This document shows, one piece after another, positions 34,801 to 46,629 of a stretch of 64,000 nt of DNA. The stretch is taken from positions 248,001-312,000 of the forward strand of contig CATNEN010000014.1 in assembly GCA_950097015.1 (NCBI GenBank). Reading direction: 5' to 3'. The notes under the pieces are model-generated. The model was not told where the DNA came from. It saw nothing but the letters and a program-made list of their open reading frames with translations, and searched no databases. Position 1 is the stretch's first letter. Every line of letters begins with the position of its first letter. The position numbers and the translations under genes are program-made. Origin of the DNA: Macrostomum hystrix. Lineage: Eukaryota; Animalia; Platyhelminthes.

Positions 34801-35242
34801 CAGGCTGGCTAGCAAGCTACTGGGCACAGTTGATCCGTTCGCCCCCCTGAGTCCACCCTGCCCATCAAACAACAGGCTGGCTAGCAAGCTACTGGGCACA
34901 GTTGATCCGTTCGCCCCCCTGAGTCCACCCTGCCCATCAAACCACAGGCTGGCTAGCAAGCTACTGGGCACAGTTGATCCGTTCGCCCCCCTGAGTCCAC
35001 CCTGCCCATCAAACCACAGGCTGGCTAGCAAGCTACTGGGCACAGTTGATCCGTTCGCCCCCCTGGAGTCGCTCACCTGCGCACTGTTGTTCGGCGGACT
35101 TGCTGATGCCATCAGCGGCGTTTTCCGGCGCGGCAGTGGCGTGACGGGACGACCGTCCTCACTTCCCGCGGCGGACGGTGTCGGTGGAGCCGGTCTCAAC
35201 GGCGCGTCACAGAAGACGGCTGTCGATAAGAAAAAGGAATGA
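28821..35242 (+). CDS. TMEM38: Trimeric intracellular cation channel (TRIC), 6 exons, about 303 aa
   Basis: Exons 28821-28959, 29645-29801, 30325-30509, 33088-33175, 34117-34236 and 35020-35242 are in phase. Motifs: KMYPYFDISHY, RNHPFASW..CFAG, YSPFD, KEVQR, KGTG, ELLRPS, DPFAPLE. Confidence 0.92.
31169..32207. repeat. 61-bp tandem repeat, about 17 copies, TRIC intron 3
   Basis: Unit CCTAAAATCCTGCCGCCCCCCCTCAATACGGCTGTGCACTTTAGGCTGCTTGATCTCGATT. Confidence 0.95.
33544..33901. repeat. 51-bp tandem repeat, about 7 copies, TRIC intron 4
   Basis: Unit TGTGTTATCGAGTGGTGTCAATATGAATTAACAGTTCCAGCTCCTTTATTT. Confidence 0.95.
34305..34561 (-). mobile_element. tRNA-derived SINE, copy 1
   Basis: The minus strand starts with the A-box-like TAGCCTCGTGG and has a tRNA-like head. 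Its core GCTTCAGTTCACCCAGCTGTTAAATG..TACCAGCAT..AATTGAGGGTGGGTG is shared with the copy at 57745-57985. Confidence 0.7.
34646..35065 (+). repeat. 72-bp tandem repeat containing the TRIC exon 6 splice acceptor and first 46 coding nt
   Basis: ACAG|GCTGGCTAGCAAGCTACTGGGCACAGTTGATCCGTTCGCCCCCCTG recurs with exon starts at 34732, 34804, 34876, 34948 and 35020. Confidence 0.93.
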
Positions 35243-37181
35243 AGTGACTTGGCTTACGTCTGTTTCTTTCACTACGAGGGACTTCTGCCTGCCACTTCTG
35301 TGTTGAAATCCTACTTTAAGAACTCATGGCTCCAATTTAGCCACTGACTAGTCTACATAGGTACGGGTTTAAGTATAACTTATTAGTATAACTTATTGCC
35401 GAGTTAATTTAATCAGGTAACTGGCCTTGCAGCTAATAACCAGCCTAATCCCCATGTTGGAGGGGGTGAGTGGCAGAGCCGTCTGCCTCCTCGCTGGCTG
35501 CAGGTCTAGTGTCACCAAATTATGTGGCATTACTTGCAGCCCTCTTGCAAGTAATAATAATTATTATTATCCTTAGGTTGGGGTCAGTCTTCTCGCATCG
35601 ATGTGTATGGAGACTGTCGATAGTTTCTCAAATGGCCCATAGCAACTTGCTGACATCTGTACGTACAGTTGGCTGTCTTGTCTGTCATTAAGTGAGTGTG
35701 GTGTACGACATTCAATGCCTCATGTCGCAGACTCCGTTGAGAACAAAAATATTTCACTCAGCTTTCGTCATTTTCATAGTACTACCGTGTTTTCGCTACT
35801 CAAAGGCTGTAGCTGGCCTTGTCTTGGCGCTTTTGTTCGAGTGTATTCGTCATTCTAATTCTTTTCCTGCGTGTCGGAAGCTTTTCAAAGGTTTGCTTCG
35901 CCCAATTTCATTCGCTTTTTATGCTTCCTTCAATAGCGCAATCGGCTTAATTTTTTTGTGCCCTAATTTTCGTTGTGCTGACGCTTCAGCCGTCCCAACA
36001 AGCTCTGCTCAAACAAATGCTTTAACTAAACTTTAGCTGAGCAGGTTTATTATTGTGCAGTTGCAATCAGGTAGTAAATCTCTTAGTGCTACGAATTTTG
36101 CTGCTTCTGTGAGATGCTTTAGAGCTGAATAAACTTTGGTTGCTTCAGATCTGATCACGAGGCCACAGAGTCATCCTTTGTGCATTATTTTTATAGCAGA
36201 TATAGCAGCCAGTATACACTTGTATCCGTGAAGTTAAATAACATCCACAAATGGCGTCAAATCAGATGACGCCATACAGATTCCAAGATTCCGAGCGGCG
36301 AGCCGAAATTGCAGTTAGGAATGAGGCTGCTGAGCAGTTAGGAAGCTGTGGGCCTGCGGCACGTGACTCAAGGCGGTTCGACCGATTCCAGGTTGCGTCG
36401 TTCAAACGAGGGTTTCGCTCATTCATTCATCTGCCTGCGTCCGCACGTGGCCGAGGCACGCAAAGCCACCAAATACACCGAGCTGGGCGTCTGGCACGAC
36501 TTCCACCAGTTGGCGTAGAGACTGGCCCTGAAGCTCTAGGGCTTATAAAACTAACCAGCCGCATCCAACCGTATCGTCCAGAAACTGAGCGCTGTCATTC
36601 AGGCCGGAAATGCGCCTCGCATTATCGAAGCACATTCGCGCTTGGTGGCAAATTGACAAACAGAGTTTTTATCCCAAAATTAAATAAAGAGAGAAAATCA
36701 TGACGAAGTCAAGTACTATCAAATGACAAATTTAATAATCGTGGGTGTCGATCACAGGTAATACTGTTCAACAAGAAGTATATTTTTCGCTTCTTCATCA
36801 TGATACTTGTGACAATAAAAAAGTGCATTAAGTTGATTCACAAGAGAATAGTCAAAACGATAATTTCATTCAAATAAAAAAGCTGACATTCAAACATTTG
36901 CTAAAAATTGCGGCTAAATTTAATGTTGCGTAATTAGAAAAAAGATTTGATTACTGCAACGAGACTAAAAAACTGCATGCAGGACGCGACGACTAAAATC
37001 ATGAATACTCGCTCACTGGAGTTAATGACCGCTACTTGAGACCTGTGAACCGAGCACAGTCCATAGCACCAGAGCTGAAGAAATGCACGTGAAGAAATTT
37101 TGGGGTTTCTCTTTAAATACAACAGTTAACCTGTCAACAACAACAAAAAATACGCTAGTCCCAAAAGTCAGGGAGGCAGCG

Positions 37182-40100
37182 TCAGATGGAGCGCCGCAGA
37201 GCCAGCGCGCGAACATGGTCCGCGCCGGTGGCAGTGTCGGGCGCCCCGGCGTCGCTCAGCAGGCAGTCGACGTAGCGGCGGGTCCGAGCCTGGCCGCGCC
37301 TGAACGGGCCCTGCAGAGTGAGCAGCAGGACGTCCTGGGCGGGCTGGCGGCAGTAGCTCTCGGTCCGAATAATAATATAAACTGTAAATTAAAGCTCTTG
37401 CACATTTTTCTAGAGAACTCGTGCGCCTTGCAAAAATGATTAGGCAACAGCTGCAGAAATCGTAGCGAGTAAGTATATATATTCAAATATTGACAGATTT
37501 ATTGACAAGAAGTAAAAAAACAAAGACCAGCAGTAATACTGCGAGTATTAATTGCGAGTTAATAAGCATGCCAAAATTTACAAACAACTGCGACGAGATT
37601 AATTCGGTAAAGCGTGTAGAAGGACTAAAACGATCTCAAACGATTTAAGAACGACGCAGAAGGAAGCCGCGGCTATGCGTTGATCAGGTGTTAAAGCCGT
37701 CCTGCTCTGACCAGGGAAAGTAGCCAATGGGTATCTCTGCGAAGATGAGATGTAAATTAGGCTGCTGAGCAGTTAAAATGAGGCTGCCGAGCTTTTGGGA
37801 TTAGGCTGCTGAGCAGTTGAAATGAGGCTGCTAAGCAGTTGAAATGAGGCTGCTGAGCAGTTGAAATGAGGCTGCTGAGCTGTTTGAGAATGAGGCTGCT
37901 GAGCAGTTGGGAATGAGGCTGCTGAGCTGTTTGAGAATGAGGCTGCTGAGCAGTTGGGAATGAGGCTGCTGAGCTGTTTGAGAATGAGGCTGCTGAGCAG
38001 TTGGGAATGAGGCTGCTGAGCTGTTTGAGAATGAGGCTGCTGAGCAGTTGGGAATGAGGCTGCTGAGCTGTTTGAGAATGAGGCTGCTGAGCAGTTGGGA
38101 ATGAGGCTGCTGAGCTGTTTGAGAATGAGGCTGCTGAGCAGTTGGGAATGAGGCTGCTAAGCAGATGGGAATGAGGCTGCTGAGCAGATGGGAATGAGGC
38201 TGCTGAGCAGATGGGAATGAGGCTGCTGAGCAGATGGGAATGAGGCTGCTGAGCAGTTGGGAATGAGGCTGCTAAGCAGATGGGAATGAGGCTGCTGAGC
38301 AGTTGGGAATGAGGCTGCTGAGCAGTTGGGAATGAGGCTGCTGAGCAGATGGGAATGAGGCTGCTGAGCAGTTGGGAATGAGGCTGCTAAGCAGATGGGA
38401 ATGAGGCTGCTGAGCAGTTGGGAATGAGGCTGCTGAGCAGTTGGGAATGAGGCTGCTGAGCAGATGGGAATGAGGCTGCTGAGCAGTTGGGAATGAGGCT
38501 GCTGAGCAGTTGGGAATGAGGCTGCTGAGCAGATGGGAATGAGGCTGCTGAGCAGTTGGGAATGAGGCATTTAATGACGGTGGAGGAAAATAAATCAATG
38601 CGACTCGAACAGGTTCGATTCTGTGAAAGCCTAACTTACCCATCTTCTGAGACCCACAGCGCTGAACACACGCAGCCTCAGACCTCCAGTCTCCAGTTGC
38701 GGAAGTGAATTCTGTGAGCGCGGAGTGCGTCGGGCTGATGCAGTTGAACTGCGTGTAGTGAAAAAGTGTTAAGCAAACTGACTCACAAACTGCTTATTTA
38801 TGAGGAACAAAAGAACTTCCTTAGTCACCGTCTGCAGCGGCTAATCCAAGTCCCGGATACACACAGCCCATCCCAAGTAAACATTCTGACAAATCCAGTT
38901 AGCATGCAACCCACCCGATACCCAATCAGCCCACCCCATCTAACCAACCATTACCAGACCAACTCAGATACCCAACCAGGCCTGGCCAGATAACCAACCA
39001 GGCCTGGCCAGATACCCAACCAGGCCTGCCCAGATACCAACCAGGCCTGCCCAGATACCAACCAGGCCACCCAGAAGCAATCCAACCCGTATGTGAAATA
39101 CGCACTCGCTCAGAGCCAGGCTCGATGCCGTAGTCCTTGGCAGGAGGTACCTGTGATCTCCTTCGTGGGTAGGCGAGAAAGCGATGGCAGCAACGATTTC
39201 TAAAGTTAAAGGCGGCAACTACGAGCAGCGCAATAGCCAACAGCAGCAGCGGAAGCAGCAAAAGTAACTGCGCGGATAAGCCGAACTTGTCATGCGGACG
39301 CATTGGTGGGTTGAGCTGACAACCGAGAGCTCCAGCGAGCGCTTCCAGTCGTGGGCATTCAAAGTAGCCACCTTCGTGTAGGCGACAGTCGGTTGCTGCC
39401 AGGCACAAAAGCCAGTTGTCGGCGTGCCAGCAGCCCTTAGCGAAAGCATCGGCAGATGAAGCATTGGCAGCGCTCGAGCAGCGGAGCTGTAGCAGTGGGC
39501 CGGAGAGCAATAGCGAGTTAGCGCGCAGAAGCAGAAGCAGCTGGCCGGGCTGGCAGTCCCATGGCTGACCCTCTGGTAGCAACGGTGAACTACGGGAGCC
39601 GCCGAGAGTGGCGCATATAAGCAGCACTGCCTGGAGTTGAGTCACGCCAGCTGAAGTCGGCAGGCCGCTTCCAGCCACGGATGCGTTCTCTGAAGAGCTT
39701 GACAGTGAGGCAGTGAACAAAGTGTGTATATATTGAAAGTGTTTCTAAAACAAAGTCTTCTGAGAAACAGAAATGAGGTTACAGGCTTGCAAGAGCAATA
39801 CAATGCCGAATAAAGGTTCGGCTTCGCAATGTTATTATAACATTCGCCATGAATTATATAGCCATAAAACTATCTACGACAGATTTATATCTGTGAGTCA
39901 CACCAGACCGCCTGCCACCTCCGCCTGAGACAATTTTCAAGCTCACAAGCCTTGCTGCAGACGAAGACCGCGCCACCACCACGGCTGGGGGAGGCGCCGT
40001 AGGGCCAAGTCACTGCCGTTCTGCGCCTGGCAGGCAGCGGGGGCCGGGAAAGGAAACAGGATGCCAGTTGCTGAGTCACAACGACACTGCACTAGACCGC

Positions 40101-43100
40101 CAGAGTTGGGCAGCTGCGGCTGGCAATTTGGATCCTCAGCAGCTTCAGCGGCGGCTGCAGCCTCGGCTGGGCTAGACGAGCAGTCGGGATGAGACTGGCC
40201 AATCCACAGCTGCCGGCCATCTGCGTCGACAAACGACTGTGCAGGACGGGATGGCATGAGATAACAGTGGAGTAGGTGAATGTATTTACAGCTGTGTAGG
40301 TTAGGATAACATAGGAGTGGGTGAATGCATTTACAGCTGTGCAGAATGGGATAACATAGGAGTGGGTGAATTTATTTACAGATGTGCAGGATGAGATAAC
40401 AGTGGAGTGGGTGAATGTATTTACAGCTGTGCAGGATGAGATAACTGTGGAGTGGGTGAATGCATTTACAGCTGTGCAGAATGGGATAACATAGGAGTGG
40501 GTGAATTTATTTACAGATGTGCAGGATGAGATAACAGTGGATTGGGTGAATGTATTTACAGCTGTGCAGGATGAGATAACTGTGGAGTGGGTGAATGTAT
40601 TTACAGCTGTGCGGGATGAGATAACTGTGGAGTGGGTGAATGCATTTACAGCTGTGCAGGATGAGATAACAGTGGATTGGGTGAATGTATTTACAGCTGT
40701 GCAGGATGAGATAACTGTGGAGTAGGTGAATGTATTTACAGCTGTGCGGGATGAGATAACTGTGGAGTGGGTGAATGTATTTACAGCTGTGCAGGATGAG
40801 ATAACAGTGGAGTGGGTGAATGTATTTACAGCTGTGCAGGATGAGATAACTGTGGAGTGGGTGAATGTATTTACAGCTGTGCAGGATGAGATAACTGTGG
40901 AGTAGGTGAATGTATTTACAGCTGTGCGGGATGAGATAACTGTGGAGTGGGTGAATGCATTTACAGCTGTGCAGAATGGGATAACATAGGAGTGGGTGAA
41001 TGCATTTACAGCTGTGCAGGATGAGATAACAGTGGAGTAGGTGAATGTATTTACAGCTGTGCGGGATGAGATAACAGTGGAGTAGGTGAATGTATTTACA
41101 GCTGTGCAGAATGGGATAACATAGGAGTGGGTGAATGCATTTACAGCTGTGCAGAATGGGATAATATAGGAGTGGGTGAATGTATTTACAGCTGTGCAGA
41201 ATGGGATAACTGTGGAGTGGGTGACTGCATTTACAGCTGTGCAGGATGAGATAACTGTGGAGTGGGTGAATTTATTTACAGATGTGCAGGATGAGATAAC
41301 AGTGGATTGGGTGAATGTATTTACAGCTGTGCAGAATGGGATAACATAGGAGTGGGTGACTGCATTTACAGCTGTGCAGGATGAGATAACTGTGGAGTGG
41401 GTGAATGCATTTACAGCTGTGCAGAATGGGACAATAATTTGCTAGGTGACACGAGGAACTGCAATTTCAGGACATGCAATTTCGCATACGAACCTGCGCT
41501 GGCGGGCAAAGCTGGTGCGCAGGTGGACTGCGGAGGGTCAGGCAGGTCGTGTAGCTCCAGTGCTGCCGATTGACTGCGCGCCGCCGCACACAAAACTTCA
41601 GTGACGTCAGAGGAGGCACAACCAAGCGAATTTGTGCACTTTCCAGCAGTGTTGAGTTTCTTATGATAACGCGCTGAGACAACTGGACTGTGGCTTCCGT
41701 TTCGAAGACAGTAGTCAGGTGACGCAGCTGGGGCAGGGGCAGAACCAGCGCGAGTATCGAGTTCCCTCTAGGGCTCAATTCGAACGATACGTTCAAGCTC
41801 AAAGGTAGCGGCCGCTCTGAGCGGGTGGTGACGGTGAGCGAACAGTTAATCAGCGACTTTTAGGGAAATGTTAAACCTCTCTTCTACTCACTGTACTCTA
41901 CTGCGCAGCACACTGCATTCAGATCTGTGCAGCATTGAATAATCTGTGCAGCGCACACTGCGGCACTCACTGTAGTCTGATCTGTGCAGCACTCACTGTA
42001 GTCTAATCTGTGCAGCATACAATAATCTGTGCATCACACACTGTAGTCTGATCTGTGCAGCATACAATAGTCTGATCTGTGCAGCACTCACTGTAGTCTG
42101 ATCTGTGCAGCACTCACTGTAGTCTGATCTGTGCAGCATACAATAATCTGTGCAGCACACACTGTAGTCTGATCTGTGCAGCATACAATAGTCTGATCTG
42201 TGCAGCATACAATAGTCTGATCTGTGCAGCATACAATAGTCTGATCTGTGCAGCATACAATAGTCTGATCTGTGCAGCACACACTGTAGTCTGATCTGTG
42301 CAGCATACAATAGTCTGATCTGTGCAGCATACAATAGTCTGATCTGTGCAGCATACAATAGTCTGATCTGTGCACCACACACTGTAGTCTGATCTGTGCA
42401 GCATACAATAGTCTGATCTGTGCAGCATACAATAGTCTGATCTGTGCAGCATACAATAGTCTGATCTGTGCAGCATACAATAGTCTGATCTGTGCAGCAT
42501 ACAATAGTCTGATCTGTGCAGCATACAATAGTCTGATCTGTGCAGCATACAATAGTCTGATCTGTGCAGCATACAATAGTCTGATCTGTGCAGCATACAA
42601 TAGTCTGATCTGTGCAGCATACAATAGTCTGATCTGTGCAGCATACAATAGTCTGATCTGTGCAGCACACACTGTAGTCTGATCTGTGCAGCATACAATA
42701 GTCTGATCTGTGCAGCATACAATAGTCTGATCTGTGCAGCATACAATAGTCTGATCTGTGCAGCATACAATAGTCTGATCTGTGCACCACACACTGTAGT
42801 CTGATCTGTGCAGCATACAATAGTCTGATCTGTGCAGCATACAATAGTCTGATCTGTGCAGCATACAATAGTCTGATCTGTGCAGCATACAATAGTCTGA
42901 TCTGTGCACCACACACTGTAGTCTGATCTGTGCAGCATACAATAGTCTGATCTGTGCAGCATACAATAGTCTGATCTGTGCAGCATACAATAGTCTGATC
43001 TGTGCAGCACACACTGTAGTCTGATCTGTGCAGCATACAATAGTCTGATCTGTGCAGCATTGAATAATCTGTGCAGCACACACTGTAGCACTTACTGTAA

Positions 43101-46100
43101 TCAGATCTGTGCAGCATACAATAGTCTGATCTGTGCAGCATTGAATAATCTGTGCAGCACACACTGTAGCACTTACTGTAATCAGATCTGTGCAACATAA
43201 GCGTCTTAGAGCCACACCAGCCAATGCGGTTGCAGACACTGGTTCGGACCAATAGAGTCTCATTGGCAAAGTCTTCGGAGTCAGCAGCATTCCATGCGCA
43301 GCGCTGTTTGGCTGTGGTTAATTTTGCGTCGCAGACGCAGCAGAGCTCACCGCTGGTGCATGCGAGGCTGTTGAAGTTAAATGTGGCTGCTTCTAACATA
43401 TCGCACTGCCGCCACTGGAATCTGGTCGACCTGTAAGGAATGAAGTCGGTTAAGTGCCAACGATGCATAATGATGACAAGTGAGCATGAGAACTGAAAGG
43501 ATTTTCTAATTCTAGCCAATAGAACAATATTGATCCTAATTACTAGTTCATGAACTGCACAGATCCAGCTTGGCTGGGTGGCTAAACATTGATTACATTA
43601 GCCCTAACTCCTAGTTCATGAACTGCACAGATCCAGCTTGGCTGGGTGGCTAAACATTGATTACATTAGCCCTAACTCCTAGTTCATGAACTGCACAAAT
43701 CCAGCTTGGCTGGGTGGCTAAACATTGATTACATTAGCCCTAACTCCTAGTTCATGAACTGCACAGATCCAGCTTGGCTGGGTGGCTAAACATTGATTAC
43801 ATTAGCCCTAACTCCTAGTTCATGAACTGCACAGATCCAGCTTGGCTGGGTGGCTAAACATTGATTACATTAGCCCTAACTCCTAGTTCATGAACTGCAC
43901 AGATCCAGCTTGGCTGGGTGGCTAAACATTGATTACATTAGCCCTAACTCCTAGTTCATGAACTGCACAGATCCAGCTTGGCTGGGTGGCTAAACATTGA
44001 TTACATTAGCCCTAACTCCTAGTTCATGAACTGCACAAATCCAGCTTGGCTGGGCGGCTAACCAGTGCGCGAAGCTGACATTCAGCGATAACTCAGCGGC
44101 TGGCAGCGGCAGTCCGGTGAGGCGCTCCAGCTCGTCGAGGTTGGGTCGCAGTTCGCAAAGGAAGGGCGAGCCAATGACCAGGCTTTCGTTCCACTCACAC
44201 ATGGCCAGTCGGGGCGCCAGGGGCTCGGCTGAAATTCAATCAATGAAGATGATGGTTTCAGCATGCCTGCATCTCTAATTGTATTTTATTATGGTCAGCA
44301 GCTGGAACTAAGCCAGGCGTGTACAGAGCTGACATACTCACATCCAATGTGCATAGCCACATCATGAGACACAGGCCTCGGTTGGCCTACAGCTGGAATA
44401 ACAGCGCAGAAACAGTCAGCCGACTCCAGTACCTTAATGCCACAGGTAAAACTGCAGTGACTCAAAGAATAGCTAGACTGGCAGCCACTGGCAGGCAGTG
44501 GCCTGTCCCCACACAGAACAGCCACGCTATTAAAGTCAATGGTATAAGCTGTGCTGACTGCTGTACAGTTGAAAGTTGCAGTATGATCGCGACCACGCAA
44601 TGCTAGCTGTGGACTAATGCGAAGGTCTGTAGGCAAGGAGAAGTGATTGTACATGTGAATACTTGTGCACACCAGCATGCATATAGTAAATACAAGCCTC
44701 AGAAAGCTAACTTTATTTCACAAATGTTCTTCTAATCATTCAAGTCAGCCCACAAACTTACTGCATGGCATTTGGTTGGCTACTTTCTGCTCAAGCAAAG
44801 CAGATGATAAATGTATGCCAAACACATGGCACACTGCCAGCAAGACCTGTGTATTGGGAAATGGATAATAAAGAGCACCAAAATTATTTCATGTTTAAAC
44901 AAATCTATATTATAAATAGAGCACCTTAATAGCTACAATAGAACAAGCACACATGAATATTTGGTAATAATTCTATTTAATATACAGAATAAAACAGCAG
45001 CATATACTTACACAGTAAAAAATCATCTCATCTAATCATCTAAGTCAACATCAGATGTCATGTGCCAATCATGTAGTTTGGAAATCACTTAAGAAGACCT
45101 AAAATAAAAAAAGCAGATAGGTAAGAACAAGAATCTGAATCATTCCATTTCTAGATTCTATAATCAGAAAAAATATAACCAACTTAAAATGACTAGGCCC
45201 TACCTATATAGCAATTATGACATTGACTCATAAATCAATTAACTAGCCTATAAATGAAAATATAATTTTTAGACTCAATTATAATATATTTTAAATAATA
45301 AAATGTTTGTGTATAATGATTTAGAATGAGTTCAGAAGAGATAGTAACAAAAAAGAAGCAGCAGTAAATAGAATTTCCTTACTTTTTTATTTTTCATCAT
45401 TCCCATGCACTTTATACCAAACTTGGGGATCAGTTGCAGAGTTGCCTCTTGCACCAAGGTCCCTGAGCTTGATTCAATAGCAAGGCCACATTTATTTGGG
45501 GCGCAACCATTTGATAAGGCCTGGGGGCATGTCATGCAGTTTACACCCTTGAGGGCCAACCTCTAAAGGCACAGTGAAATCTATACGGTCTGATTATGAG
45601 AAAGTCAGGGTAGATGTACATACCTATGTGAGTATGTGCCTGCATTTAGTATCTGTGTGCATGTGTTCTCAGGAGTCAGCAAAATGGGCAGAATTGCCTC
45701 CACCCTAGCTGAAAGTCTAGTGTCACCAAATGATTTATAGGCCTACCATTGCTATACTAGGGCTAATATACCAGCAGCCCTCCTGCAATTATTATTATTA
45801 TAATCATGCTAAACTATTAGGTCAAGATAGATCAAGATGACAAGAGTTTAGAATATAAATGATAACATTATTTTTATAGGGGCCTAACAATTTTCAACAG
45901 ATAAATCTATTAAGAATACAAAAAATACTGATTTTAACTACAATAACTAATCAAAATATATTTTTTACAATTCAGGGCATTTCTGGTCAAAATGGTGCAT
46001 TAGCTAGATTGTAGATTTATTACAATGAAGACAAATTGTAATTATTAAAATTGATTGAGCTGAGTGACTATTAAATGAATTAGGCCCTAGTTGTGCTTAC

Positions 46101-46629
46101 ATTTTGTTTCTCCAACATACTTCTAGATGCAGTGTTATAGCATCATTAAAACTTTTCTAAATTTCTTTAACTTTGTTAACTTATTAGTTACATAGTTAGG
46201 AGGTGAGTGTTAGAGTGGTCAACTATATTAGCCTCTTGCATCAAGTCAAGGTCCCCAAATTAAATGTACAAACCCGTGACTTTGAGTGTGTGAGCCTATG
46301 TATGGTATCTATGTGTCCGTGGGGTTAGGGTTAGGGTTATGGTAACTAACCATATAACTATATATATATATGGTTGCTCAAAATGGGCAGCATTCCCACC
46401 TTGCTGGCCGTAGCCTGTAGGTCTAGTATCATCAAATAATGTGGCACTGCTTGCAGCCCTGCTGCGATTATTATTAAGCCCTAAGCTTATTATAGATCCA
46501 AGCGTTAAATGTAAAACAGGCAAAAAATAACTTTTAGGCTAGGCCTTACGTTTTTATTTCGTTGAAAGTATAAAACAGTATAGTGGAAGCAAACTTTTCA
46601 TGGGTTCTGGTCTCTTCATCTGCCGCCAT
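37182..46629 (-). CDS. Type I cytokine receptor-like protein (gp130/Domeless-like): Ig-like, cytokine-binding FN3 pair, TM, tail with YxxQ; about 862 aa; 5' exons less certain
   Basis: Exons 46629-46550, 46461-46400, 45708-45624, 45560-45418, 44626-44342, 44228-44063, 43430-43177, 41816-41494, 40236-39947, 39697-39106, 38748-38640 and 37381-37182 join in frame. Motifs: EPLAP..C..C, LVRTSVCNRIGWCGS, RPLPLSLNVS..SILAL, PPLTSLKFCVRRR...HWS, TM LLLLLPLLLLAIALLVVAAF, YCRQ. Confidence 0.65.
37760..38568. repeat. 23-bp minisatellite, about 35 copies
   Basis: Unit GGGAATGAGGCTGCTGAGCAGTT, in the last intron of the receptor model. Confidence 0.95.
38880..39070. repeat. Short degenerate 21-22-bp repeat, intronic
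   Basis: CCAGATACCCAACCAGGCCTGG variants. Confidence 0.75.
40255..41430. repeat. 45-bp tandem repeat, about 26 copies, intronic
   Basis: Unit GTGGAGTGGGTGAATGTATTTACAGCTGTGCAGGATGAGATAACA. On the sense (minus) strand it contains CTCATCCTGCACAG, similar to the true acceptor at 40237. Confidence 0.95.
41900..43200. repeat. 24-bp minisatellite derived from an exon end and donor site
   Basis: The minus-strand unit ATGCTGCACAGATCAGACTATTGT resembles the exon 7 end TTGCACAGATCTGATTACA|GTAAGT. A full second donor copy sits at 43096/43095. Confidence 0.93.
43543..44062. repeat. 68-bp tandem repeat, about 7.6 copies, starting at the exon 6 donor
   Basis: Unit CTAGTTCATGAACTGCACAGATCCAGCTTGGCTGGGTGGCTAAACATTGATTACATTAGCCCTAACTC. 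Confidence 0.95.

Noticed and set aside
34525-35199. 224-aa minus-strand repeat ORF
   Set aside because: Antisense to the 72-bp acceptor array and TRIC exon 6.
35424-35560. GCC-UCCUCGCU-GGC, identical to the HDV ribozyme P3/L3
   Set aside because: No GG follows the candidate P1 for P1.1, and I could find no P2 partner.
41993-43519. Long Cys-rich ORFs (508, 400 and 325 aa)
   Set aside because: They are translations of the 24-bp minisatellite. Only 43430-43177 is a real exon.
46322-46340. (TTAGGG)2-3 here and at about 57382
   Set aside because: Too short to call an interstitial telomere.
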